NCBI GenBank assembly: GCA_051942205.1
Contig: JAVECO010000011.1
Location: forward strand, 186,001-222,630
From: Coniocarpon cinnabarinum
Lineage: Eukaryota
Direction: 5' to 3'
DNA: 36,630 bases
The translations under genes were made by a program, and so were the position numbers. Under the pieces are notes generated by a model that saw nothing but the letters and a program-made list of their open reading frames with translations, did no database searches and was not told where the DNA came from. Of this stretch, positions 11,192 through 22,171 are shown one piece after another. Numbering within the stretch: the first letter of the stretch is position 1; each line of letters begins with the position of its first letter.

Positions 11192-11980
11192 ATGGCACTA
11201 CTTACTCTTGAGGATTTCAAGGAGCTCATCGAAGAGCACAGCGACCACGTTGTCGCCGACGGCAAGCGTAACGAATATTATGAAGGCGCCTATCAAGGCG
11301 AGAGGAAATACTTACTCACCTGCCCACTCCCGGCTCTGGAAGATGTTGCAACAACCCAAGCCATTACGGAGAGTCTTGCAAAAGACTTTCTCTGCGATGT
11401 CATTCGGCCAGCATTCTTCAATTACTGGGATAGTGATGATTGTGAGGCTATTCGACGTTCCTCAATGGAGCCTGTCTACGCCGAAGTGGTGTGAGTACCT
11501 CAGTCGTGACCCTTTACGAGGTTGAACCGAAAAAGCGACGAGAATGCGTGTCAAGCATTGCTGATTCACTTTCATCTACCACAGATCAGTCGAAGCCAAC
11601 TCGAGTGATTTAGAGTTCAAATTAAAGATCTTTCTGGGTCACTCCCTCCTCAAAGAATTTGTGGAGCAGAACGACACTATTCACGATTTCAAAGACTCGT
11701 TTCTTGTCAAGAACACTGATGTGTGGGCTTTCTTCACCGAATACGGCTTCTCCGAGGACGACCTTAAGGAGGATTTCCGTAGTTGAGCAATACGACCGAT
11801 ACAATCACATGCGAGACAGCCTCAGGTCGATGTCGATGCTACTCGGGTCATTGCTTTCTTCAGCGTTATGATCGCACCCTCGGTGGAGAGGCACGACCTC
11901 TCCGGGCCGATGAAAATGATTTAGCTTGTTTTGAGAACTGGGTATTGGTCACGCAGTGGAGAGATGCTGCAGATACCTAG
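11192..11980 (+). CDS. Orphan hypothetical protein; 3' end uncertain
   Basis: Exon 11192-11490, intron 11491-11584 (GTGAGT..GCTGAT..CAG), then an open frame SVEANSSDLEFKLKIFLGHSLLKEFVEQ... It ends at TGA 11784-11786 unless a short weak intron (11779 to 11819 or 11825) joins it in frame to ...CRCYSGHCFLQRYD...DAADT* at 11980. No family recognised. Confidence 0.55.
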
Positions 11981-12458
11981 CCAACTCCCACATCAAGACC
12001 TTATTGTAATATTATTGCATACCATTACGGCGTTGTGCAAAGAAGTCCGTCGATCCGTTGTACGAGAGAGTCCAGCTGAAAGTTGGGATGAAGTTTCAGC
12101 AATTATTATGCTGCGCGCTAAAGTGTCACGTTGACTGCGGCTGAAACCGACATCCCGAGCTGGGGTCACTTTAAGGCCCGAGCGCTGTGTGCACCTTCTT
12201 TGCACCGCACGTGCCCATAGGTGCCGCTTGGGTATGATCCTCACCAACCAGTGTGCCAGCATAGAACCATGTTTTTTGTTTGTACAACTAATCAAAGTAC
12301 CGACCCAATCATGCCCTTATTCAACGTCTATGATATGCTCGTACAGTGACCAAACGCGTTGTTCGCTCGATTTCCACGCTTATGCAAAATTCGAAAAAGG
12401 AAGACCGCCAATCCAAGCTGCATGCTGTTAGTATCCAAGAGCCTCAGATCCATCATCA

Positions 12459-13791
12459 CTAAGTGGCGGAGTAACCACTCGTGTCAATTTTGTGCAACCA
12501 ATTGAACACCATCATAGCCTTCAAGAGGTTGTTCTTCATCCCACCGTGCGTTCCGTCAGGATTGTTCGTCTGGATAGTCGCATTGTACGTGCCCAAGAAG
12601 TCGAACCCTCGATCTTGCACAAACGGTGCCACGGCTTTCTCGAATTTCGTGATAGCGATGTTGCCTTGTCGTGCGACAAAAATCTCCGGCTTCTTGATGC
12701 CAGCCGCATTCGGACCCAGAAAGAGTTTGTGGAAGTTCCCGGGTTGAGACTTGAGGTACGGCGCCTGCTTTGTAATACCTTCCAATGCTTGATCGACCCA
12801 CGCGTAGGTCTTGTCTATTTCAAGATCGTTCCACAAGCCATGGCCCATGATGAATGCATACGGTTTCACAGGTGGCGATGGCGTCGAGAGATGCTCGACG
12901 AAATCCTCCATGTCCCGTTTTTGGATCGGATACTGAAGCAGAGCATTGTATTCAAAGCCGCCACGTCCCCCTCTTGAGCAGCTCACAGAGTCTGGATCAT
13001 TGTTCCACACAACGCGGGTGCTGACTGTTGAGTAGTAAGCGCATTTCCTTGTCTCAAACGGCTGCGTGCATTTGCAATCGGTGCCAAAATCATCAGGCAA
13101 GTCGACCCAGTTCGCTCGACCACCCATGACGAAATCTTGCCGCAAAATCACACTCAGAGCCACCGCAACATTCCTCATCATGCTGTCGCCGAGTATGAAT
13201 ATCCTTTCAAACCTAGTCAGAATGCTGCATATCTCATCTGCGGAGAACCACCTCATATCGCAGCCTTTCGGACTGAAAGGTGCATCGAAACCCAATCGAC
13301 CACCAGTTGTCATTGCCTCAAGAACCTCTTCCTTCGTTTCACACAGCGGCGCGAAGGGCCCATGGAGCTCTAATGAGTTGACCGTGCAATTCTCCGTCTG
13401 AGTGAAGTCTGCGAAGGTATTGATGACGTCCGGTAAGCGCCCAATCTCCGGCTGTGTATAGGTCAAAGAACCAGGAAGTGCAGTATTCTCAATGGGAGGC
13501 ATCGCTACCGTCTTCGTCACAGTCGCGGATGGTTTGCGGGCGATGCTCCGATCCTGTGTCATGCGTTAGCTTTCCCATTGAGCTTTCATCTCCCGTTTTG
13601 CGTCACACCTGTGGTGTTGCCGACGTGAAGTGGCTGATGGTTGGCCATAGCGAGAAAAGAAACCATGCCACCGCTGCAATGCTCAGATAATGCCGCCATG
13701 GCGATTCGCCAGGCAGGTATGGGCCATGCGGAAACGCCTCTTTCCCCGACGACTTGCGAGTATGACTCTTCCAACCACTTCGGCTGGCCAT
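12459..13791 (-). CDS. Type II membrane SGNH-fold protein, CAP64/CAS3-like (PC-esterase-type putative glycan O-acyltransferase/esterase)
   Basis: Exons 13791-13609 and 13553-12459, intron 13554-13608 (GTGTGA..GCTAAC..CAG), 425 aa. TM segment YLSIAAVAWFLFSLW, Cys-rich stem, FSADEICSILTRFERIFILGDSMMRN (GDS) and C-terminal YNAT...PDGTH (DxxH). The resemblance to the Cryptococcus Cap64/Cas3 family is from memory. Confidence 0.8.
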
Positions 13792-14506
13792 CCAAGACTG
13801 GGCGCGGCAGTTGGCTACGTCAGTCAGAGACCGGGCCACCCGTTGAGCATGTGTGTATTCGACTGTGGACAAGTTGACAGCTGAGAGCTTCAAGCTCGTT
13901 AAAGCTGTACGGCCGTCGAGCGATACAAAAGCTAGCCAAGGAGCATCATGCACGCTTCACGCGACAGCTTTTCGTGAGCAGGGAGGATAGCGCACTGGCC
14001 GGGTCGCGTGTTGTGGAAGGTGCAGCTCCATCTTCGACAAAAGACATGGAACGATGCTACGACGATCCACACCAGTCAAATGCGGCCCTGTCAGGCAGAG
14101 AGAGAGTTTCCGGCCAGAGTCCGCCGTGGTCAGCGAGGTGGGTGGATGGCTGTCAATGTGCCTCGGTCTGATCCCCGCATAGTTTGATGCGCCCACTAGC
14201 TGCCCAACGGCCCCTGCCTTAGCTGCCAATGATGAGCTCGTCATTGGCTCCTTCTCTTGGAGATGTTTGCGGAGGTTGAGTCGTTCTCAGACCTTTGCCT
14301 ACTCAGTTTCACGTGCTTGCTTTCTCGATGCTGACGATTGACATGTCTGCCAGCGCTGTTGCTTTGAGGAAGCCAGCAGTCTATCATCCAGCGCGACATC
14401 GATGGGTGCATGGGGTTGAAGACATACACTTCAAGTCAATGATTACACGCGTGCGCTGAAGTCGTTGCGCCCCCATCTTCGAGTTGCTGCCTACCTCAAA
14501 CAGAGC

Positions 14507-15766
14507 ATGAGAGGCCTCAATGCAAGGCCACGACGTATAGCATATCTTTTGGCCGCTGTGTTTTTGGTTGGCGTGTTTTACTATCTCAGCTCCAGGTCTC
14601 GCCCACAGCCACGCAACTCACTGCAACGATCTGTCTTCCACAAATGGACTGTCGCCGACCCGCATCTGCAGCAAACTCTTTCAGATCAGATTAAGACCGC
14701 CGATGATACTCCCACTTTCCTCTCCGAAGAGGACAAAGTTGGTACGAAGCAGAAGGAAGATGTGAAGTCGGACAGCACCAGCTTCAATGAGGCTGTGTTT
14801 GCTTTTCAAGACGAACTGACATCCTACAATCAACCCAAGTCGTTCTCCTCCTCGTCCCTCTCAAAACTCGACCCAATCAATCTCGAACCGAGAGCAGCAT
14901 CTCATGGACCTACATTCGCGACATATCTCTGTACCCGCAACAGCTCTACCCACGATCCGTACTTCCTCGCGACCGAACAGCTCGTTTACCGCACCCTCTG
15001 GAAGCACGAGTCCGCCTCGCAAAAACACTATCCCTTCACGGTCTTCGTTGCGCCTTTCATCAGCACGGAACAGCGCAACCTCCTCTCCGCCGCAGGTGCA
15101 AACGTGGTCGAACTCCCACTCGTAGACTGGAAACCCACCGTTGCCATTTGGGCGCGTTGGCGCGACCTCTTCAGCAAACTCCACATGTGGAACCAAACGC
15201 AATTCTCCCTCATCGCCTTCCTCGACTCCGACGCCTTCCCGCTCCAACCCCTCGACGACATCTTCACCGTCTCTACCTCCCAGACATGCCACAAAGATCG
15301 TCTCACACACACCGATGACATCCGCAACGCCAACACCGATCCCTACTTCTGCAACTTCACCTTCGCCGGCTCAAAAATGATGTACATACCTGAAATTAAC
15401 GTCGGCGTCACGGTCTTCAATCCGAATCCCTCCATGCACAGGCGTCTCCTGCGCGAATCCGCGGATCCCAACAATTTCGATAACAACATGGCGGAGCAAG
15501 CGTTCTTGAATAAGTATTTCAGTCAGGATGGACCTTTTCCGATGCGGTTCATACCCCGGGAGTGGAATGGGTTTTGGGCGAATGACGACGAGGAGAAGAG
15601 CTTGAAGGTTGTGCATGAGAAGCTGTGGGCGTTTACGGGGAATGCGAAGTGGGCTGAGGGTCTATTCGAGCGGACGCATCTGGAGATGGTGGCGTTTTAT
15701 GAGGGGGAGGAGTTTCTGCGGCGGAGGAAGGTGGAGGCGGGTGTGAAGAGGAAGAAGAAGCAGTGA
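14507..15766 (+). CDS. Glycosyltransferase family 8 (Gnt1/glycogenin-like), type II membrane protein
   Basis: Single exon, 419 aa from ATG 14507. N-terminal TM segment IAYLLAAVFLVGVFYYL, then FSKLHMWNQTQFSLIAFLDSDAFP (DxD), INVGVTVFNP, MAEQAFLN and VVHEKLW. Confidence 0.92.
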   Translation: MRGLNARPRRIAYLLAAVFLVGVFYYLSSRSRPQPRNSLQRSVFHKWTVADPHLQQTLSDQIKTADDTPTFLSEEDKVGTKQKEDVKSDSTSFNEAVFAFQDELTSYNQPKSFSSSSLSKLDPINLEPRAASHGPTFATYLCTRNSSTHDPYFLATEQLVYRTLWKHESASQKHYPFTVFVAPFISTEQRNLLSAAGANVVELPLVDWKPTVAIWARWRDLFSKLHMWNQTQFSLIAFLDSDAFPLQPLDDIFTVSTSQTCHKDRLTHTDDIRNANTDPYFCNFTFAGSKMMYIPEINVGVTVFNPNPSMHRRLLRESADPNNFDNNMAEQAFLNKYFSQDGPFPMRFIPREWNGFWANDDEEKSLKVVHEKLWAFTGNAKWAEGLFERTHLEMVAFYEGEEFLRRRKVEAGVKRKKKQ

Positions 15767-16575
15767 TGAGCATTGACGTGCGCATTAGTGGCGTTGGGAG
15801 GTATCCAGCATTTACAGCTTTGCATACGGGTGGTTGTACTATACATCTCTTGAACTTGTTTCGACGGACCAGTGCCATTGAGAACACTCTGTGGCGTTTT
15901 CTCAGAGCGTCACTCGCCAGCAAGTCTTGTAACATCGGCTTCAACCACTGCATATCTAGTGTGTTGCATGAAGCTTACTTCAAGGACAGACTTGACTACA
16001 TCACGAAGATATCTTACCAAGCTCTATGTTCCTCCCGCAAGAACTCAGTATCGCCTTCAGGCTGCCTTGATTCAAAAGGCTCAGCCTGACATCGGACCGG
16101 CATCGGTGTCCTCACATGCGAAGCGCACATCTCGTATACGAGATGACGCCGTCAGCTCCGTGGTCCGAGATTGGAGCGAGTTGTCTGGGGGCTTTCGAGA
16201 TGGTGCAAGTGGTCAGGTGTAGCTCGTCCTATTCCTCGAACGGTCGATTTGCAGCATTCTAGATACGCTGGACTGCGTATTGTTGAAGTAGTGTCCTGCG
16301 AGCTGGTAGAGAACAGGGTATACAGGCTCGAGAAACGTGGGATTTGAACGGTTGAGGGGACGGTGATGGGCAGTCTATGACCAGTCAGCGATATCTTGAC
16401 GTTTATTCTTTGAGCAGCGAAGAGAACACTAACGTCCATGAGCGGGTTCTGGAGATGGCTGCGGCGATTCTATCTGTCCCCGCCTTGGAGCAGCATGTCT
16501 AAGACAGGGCATCACTCTCAAACAGCCCTCAACCGTCCAGTATAGCGGCTTCTTCCTGTGCTGAAATCCCCAATC

Positions 16576-17754
16576 TCACCTTTCTCCCTCCCTCTCCCTT
16601 GCATCCCTCCACCACCACACTCGCTTCGTAGCCGCCTCGAGGTCAACCCGAATCCAATAACTCTCCTGCGCCTTCTTCGCCCCAAAACATCTCTCACACA
16701 ACCCGCGACTCTCCACATTGTCCTCCGCAACGTCCGTATGCCACCACCGCCCGCTTTTCGAGTCAGCTCTCCACGCCTGCTCGTTCTTGCCCTCCCCGCG
16801 TGACCCTTGCCTCTCCGCCGTCTCCATCAGTTTCGCAACCAGTCTCCGCGCGAGTCCCTTCCTCCGCCATTCCCGCTCCACGAACAGCGTCCTCACGCTT
16901 CCTTCGAGACCGACGAACACCCAGCCCACCAGTTGACCTGAGGTTTTGTCTCGTAATGCTGCGTTAAGACGGTGATCGATTTGTGAGCGGACGCGGACGA
17001 GACTGTTCGTTGCCATGACCCTCGCGACGTCCTCGTCAGTGCGTACGTGGTCCCAGACTAATCCCTGCGGCAGATTTGACACCGCCTCGGCATATGGCAG
17101 AGGGAGCGATGGATCCCGTCGCCATACCAGTTTCATGTACGGACCGCCCTTTCCCGTTACATCGTCACGCACGATCTTGTGAGGAGAGTTGGCGTCGGCA
17201 CGTCGAAGCAGATCAGCGGCGCGACTGTGCACGCATCCCGCGAAGGAGATATCGCCCTTGAGAGGAGGCTGATTTCGCGTCGCGCTCACGAAAGCATCAG
17301 ATGAGCTCATTGTGGCACCAGGCGGGGCGTGGACATGGCAGTATGCCAGCATCGTGTGGAGCTGCCTCAGCGCGAGGTCGTCATATTCACGATTCTCCGC
17401 ATCGGACGCAGAATAGGCGTGGATCTCGACTGAGGAGAAGAGAAACATGGGGAGGGAGTCAGGGGTGCTGCGGTCGAAGAAGGCAACGGTGTAGGGATGC
17501 CCTGAAGCGGAAGAATGTGCTGTTTGAGATGGAGATTCGTTTGGTGCGAATGTGGAGAGGATGAGAGCTTCAGAAGAACGAATGGGAGACTGAAGGCGGT
17601 GGATAAGTGGGAGGGCATTGGGTGTGAGTGGAAGGGCGACTGGGACAAAGGAGGCGAGGAAGGAGATGATCGAGTTGGTATCTTCAGCGGTCGTGGCACG
17701 GTGGATTGAAATGGGGTTGGAAGATGCGTGAGATTCTTTTGAGGGCTGGTTCAT
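16576..17754 (-). CDS. GNAT family N-acetyltransferase with C-terminal FR47-like domain
   Basis: Single-exon 392 aa. LVGWVFVGLEGSVRTLFVEREWRRKGLAR (acetyl-CoA binding motif A) and DVAEDNVESRGLC. Confidence 0.85.
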   Translation of the reverse strand: MNQPSKESHASSNPISIHRATTAEDTNSIISFLASFVPVALPLTPNALPLIHRLQSPIRSSEALILSTFAPNESPSQTAHSSASGHPYTVAFFDRSTPDSLPMFLFSSVEIHAYSASDAENREYDDLALRQLHTMLAYCHVHAPPGATMSSSDAFVSATRNQPPLKGDISFAGCVHSRAADLLRRADANSPHKIVRDDVTGKGGPYMKLVWRRDPSLPLPYAEAVSNLPQGLVWDHVRTDEDVARVMATNSLVRVRSQIDHRLNAALRDKTSGQLVGWVFVGLEGSVRTLFVEREWRRKGLARRLVAKLMETAERQGSRGEGKNEQAWRADSKSGRWWHTDVAEDNVESRGLCERCFGAKKAQESYWIRVDLEAATKRVWWWRDAREREGER

Positions 17755-18230
17755 GGTCTAAGAGTAACCTGTGGATGTTGTGGGCTCTTGACCTGTCCGG
17801 TGCCTAGGTCTGGGTTTCTTTTCGCATAGAAAGGTCCTAAACGTTCGCGTGAGAAAGGCTTTCATCCGTGCGGTAAGATCTTGAGCAAGTCTTGCGTTTC
17901 GGACATCTTCGAGTACTTGTTGAAGTGCTCTCTGTAAGCAGGTGCTTCTCGCAAACCTCTTGATTGTGAAATCCCCTGCCAATTGTCGAGATATGGTGCG
18001 CACCTTGACGATAATATTTACATTCAGAATGAAACGATGGTAGGCTTCAAGGGAAATGAATAAAGTGCACCAAGTGTGTGGAGCTTTGCGGATGACTGGT
18101 AAGCTTGACGTTTGGATCTTGCGAGGCCCTATATGCCCTAAATTTTAGCGGCTTTTTGAGGCCTGTGGCGCTGAAGCCGTCGGTGACTTTCTAACAAGAT
18201 GGCAACCTTGATACATGAATATTGGTACAC

Positions 18231-19735
18231 TCACATGCGGTATTTGAGTACCCATCCACTTTTACAGATGCGGGCAATAATCATTAGCACAAGCCCGACG
18301 GCAAAGGTGGTCCCAGCCCATACCTGGGCATACAGGTAGCCACCATTGTCTTTACTGACAAGTGCGCCTCCTAGCGGACTGCCTGTGAGGATAGCCACGC
18401 TGACAATTGTCGAGCCCATACCTAATCTCGTCCCCATCTTTGTAAGATCTGTTGTCAAGTTTGCCAAAGTCGCAGGCCAAAGACCCTGTATACCCGCGGC
18501 AAAGAGACCGTATACGCAAGCAAAGGCATACAAGCCTGCTTGTTGCTGTACCGCAGCCCAGCAGTATGTAAGCAGACAGCAGATCGCGGTAGTGGGTATC
18601 AATGTGTTCATCGGCCCGATATACCTATCAGCGACCGTTGCAAGGAACACGCGACCAGCGAATCCGACTCCATTCATGATGATGAGCAGGTCAATGCCAT
18701 TTTCGTAGCTCAAACCCAGGCGATCTTGGCCAAAAGTGACAACGTAAAAGAAAGCAAAGAACAGACCCCAAAAGTTTAACCACATGGCCAGGATGAACAC
18801 GATGAATGGCGCCTCTTTGAACGCGCTCCACTCAATCACTGCACTTGAGCGTCGCGGAGGGAGTCGCGGTTGCATAAACGCAATTGCCGTCAATACCAGA
18901 GCGAGTACAACGAACCCCAAGACGCGGACGGTCCAGCCAAAGCCAATCTGTGGCAGAAGTTGACGTACCATGGCTGGAAAAATCATGCCTCCAGTTGCAG
19001 TGCCAGATGCCATAAATGCTATGGCGGTAGCTTTTCTTTTTGAGAAGTAGGTAGAGACCAAGCTGCGTACTCATTTGTTAACACGCTATCGCAATGTGTC
19101 TAAGACTGAATGAATGTGACTACTCACCCTACCGTAGGCATGAACTGCATCCCGTTGCCAAGGCCAGTACATATGCCCTGTGCAAGGAAAAGCTGCCAGT
19201 ATTTGGTGCACGCGCTTGTGGTGAATATACCGAGCAGCTGCAAGATACTGCCGCATATAAGCATCAACCTGAAGTAGCCGGCATCTAGTGCGCGACCCGT
19301 AAAGGTACCCAAGGCGAATATCAAACAGAACTGGACGGAGCCAACCCAGGAGATAGCTGATCCAGAGACCGAGAGCGTAGACTCATAATACGTCTGGAAG
19401 ACTCCGTACGAAGAAATGTACCCCCATGTCGTGATCATGATGAAATGACCCATCAGGACCTGGGTCCATGCCTTCAAGCCGCCATCCGGAGGAGGGCCAG
19501 AATCTTGGATGTGTGCTGTGGGATCCGCAAACGCGCTGGCGGCACGACTGACAGTGCTCTGAACAGACCTGGTCGAACGATTTGTTGTCAACCGAGTCAC
19601 CGCTGGGCCCTCATAGGGCTTTTCGTCGTCATTCGACTCCGCACATTCTCTGAAATCTTGCACAGATCGTGGAATTTCACTGCTGGCTCTGGTGAAAGAC
19701 TCTGTGTCTTGTTTCTCGATGCCCTTTTCCTCCAT
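18231..19735 (-). CDS. MFS transporter, monocarboxylate porter (MCT/Mch-like) family
   Basis: Exons 19735-19128 and 19062-18231, intron 19063-19127 (GTGAGT..CAG), 479 aa. PPPDGGLKAW, GRALDAGY, YWQLFLAQG, STYFSKRK and GFGWTVRVLG motifs, with many hydrophobic helices. Possible 5'UTR intron at 19769-19819. Confidence 0.93.
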
Positions 19736-20435
19736 TGTCAAGGTGAGCGATGTTGATGTTCAATCCACCTGTAAATGCTCAAAGGTAAACAAAGCTAAGG
19801 AACGAGTTGGGAGACTAACAATGTTCAACAAAGCTTATGCGACAATTTAGTAGTTAAAAACATGACACATTTTATGGTACGAGTAGTCATCGCCAAATGG
19901 GACCAAGAAGCACGCAAATGCTTTATAATACAATTGCAGATCATGTCGAACTCTGTGTCGGCAATGGCTTCCCTCAATGTCGGTCACCACACTGTCCGAG
20001 CTAGAGCGAGAAACAATAACTTCGGTCTTCTAGCGCCGTGATCGGAGTGGAGTCGGAATCGTGTTTTTCAGGCTGACTGCAGATAATTGTCTCTCTACTG
20101 CGTTCAACGTGCTGAGTGTTTCGTTCCCAGTCAAAACAGGGACTTGTTTTACGAGACATCCTGGTCTGTTCTCAATGCAACGCTGTCAATGATGAAAGCT
20201 AGATCCCTTTTCCAAAAACATCAATGCTGAGGATGAGCACAGGCCATCGGGAGACATAAGAGCCATGATGGCACTTGTAAATCGTAGCGTCCGCGATTGA
20301 CTCTGCCATCAATTAGATATAAGCTACCTCTCAACTTGCACTAAATCACGTGCTTGTACAAATTCTCTGCCCTCTCCTCATCGGTACTCAAAACTTCGCA
20401 TCCTTTACTCGCCCTCTCGGGCGTACCACGACAAC

Positions 20436-21832
20436 CTATGCCTCTTGCAATGTGAGGTCTACGATAGTACGTCAGTGATAAGCAGGAATTCGCCGTCTGG
20501 CGTGACTCACTGGGGTCGTTGAGAATAGCGTCCTTCTCTGCAGGAAGCCATGCTCCTTTCACCGGAGTGTTTTTACTCTTGAAATCATCACAAATTTGTT
20601 CCATCGTAACCCACTCCACCCCTTCTTTCGTGTTGATGTAGTTGATGATTCGTTCAAGCATTAGAAGCTGGGGAACACATTGGTTAGCCGTGGACACCGG
20701 ACCAAGTTTTGTTTAACCAGCGTACTGCATGAGGGTGGCCTGACACATCCGGGTGGCAGGTGACTGGGAACACGAACTCATCGTATTCACGGTAGAAATA
20801 ATTGAAGTGGTCAAGCCACAGCTCTTCCACGGTCTTGGGGTTGACCCAGCCGTGCGAAGTCTGCGAGGCTTTGATAAACATCATCGGAGGTAAGTCTGTT
20901 TGCAGTTGAAGTCAGTGGTGCTCATTATCGGTTGCAGGCGGTCACAATTACCGTCAAGATACCTAGAGTCAGCGTGTCAGCACAAATCTTATCGGGAATG
21001 TGTTCTGGGAAATCAGCAAGCGCACCAATTACTGGGGATCTCAACAAGCCCCGTGTCCTTACCGCCCTTCAACGGGCTCATCCAATGATCTGGGTGCTTG
21101 CTGTAGTCAATTGGCGTCCAAGAATCCCCAGTCCTCAACCAATAACATTGACAATCGTGATGACTAAAAGAGTGATCGTACTCCACGCCGTACTTGAGCA
21201 TCAACTCCGCCCTCGAAGACACAGTCAGCAAAGCGCTTCTCAGCGTAGAACACACCGCGCTGCTCGTGATTTACCCTTCTTGACTTGACTCCCACCAGGG
21301 CGCGACGATTCCTCGAGGAGGCTTGCCACAAAAGTCTTTCAGCAATCGGTAACACTTGTCCATGATTGCTGTTTGCTGCTCGACGTTCATTGCTGTGGGA
21401 TTCTCATGAGAATAACCATGTAGACCAATCTCATGGCCAGCATCTCGTATCATTGCACATTCCCTGGGAAATGTCTCTAACGTATGTCCTGGTATGAAAA
21501 ACGTGGTCTTGATGCCATATTTGGCGAACAGCCTCAGCAATCGCTCAACGCCGACAGTGCCAGCAAATATGCCTGGACATCAATCTTTAGCCTTGGTCAG
21601 TCCACAAAGAACAATGCAAGCACATCTCTAACCGCGCGAGATGTCACTTGTCGAGTCTTGCCCGCCGTATGATCCCAGCCAGCCTATCAAGATCAATAGA
21701 TGATCCCCGCGTTCTCATTGCTGTCTCACCAGCAACCGCATCTATATCGATCGAGATACAACACTGAACTCCTATACGAACTTAGTACGTGTGCTACTGG
21801 TCAAGGTGGTCTATCGCACGTTTCTTCGGCAT
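20436..21832 (-). CDS. Cytosolic polysaccharide deacetylase-like (NodB/CE4 fold, HpPgdA/PuuE-like) amidohydrolase
   Basis: Nine exons (21832-21820, 21771-21730, 21683-21633, 21572-21275, 21211-21026, 20962-20952, 20895-20726, 20667-20511, 20458-20436) give an uninterrupted 316 aa protein. It reads MPKKRVQCCISIDIDAVAGWLGSYGG, TFFIPGH, GHEIGLHGYSHE, APWWE, VEIPSNWYLDDLPP and HPDVSG. No signal peptide. Confidence 0.92.
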
Positions 21833-22171
21833 TCTTGTGACCTAATGATTCTCTTCTTAATTTGACTCTGAAGCAGATGTGTTTTGGCTAAGCATATGAG
21901 TAGTGGTTCTGCGTCAAGAGGAACCTCTTGCAGCGATAAGCCCGTCGGAGCTCCATCCAGCCATTGAGCCCCTCATGCTTGGACGATCTACACTTAGCTC
22001 CGAGCTTATGCCGTCATCGGTTGTTGACCAATGACCAAAGTCCTTGACGCTATACTCCTTGATTCTTTTTAATTACATGTATGCACAAGCTGGACTTCGA
22101 CTAAGCTGCCTTACCCAGCGTCATCGCGAAGGCGAAGAAAAGGCTTCGTAATAGCATGACTTCCATATGTC

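Noticed and set aside
15763..16439. ORFs between the convergent GT8 and GNAT genes
   Set aside because: No protein-like features; likely 3'UTR or terminator DNA.
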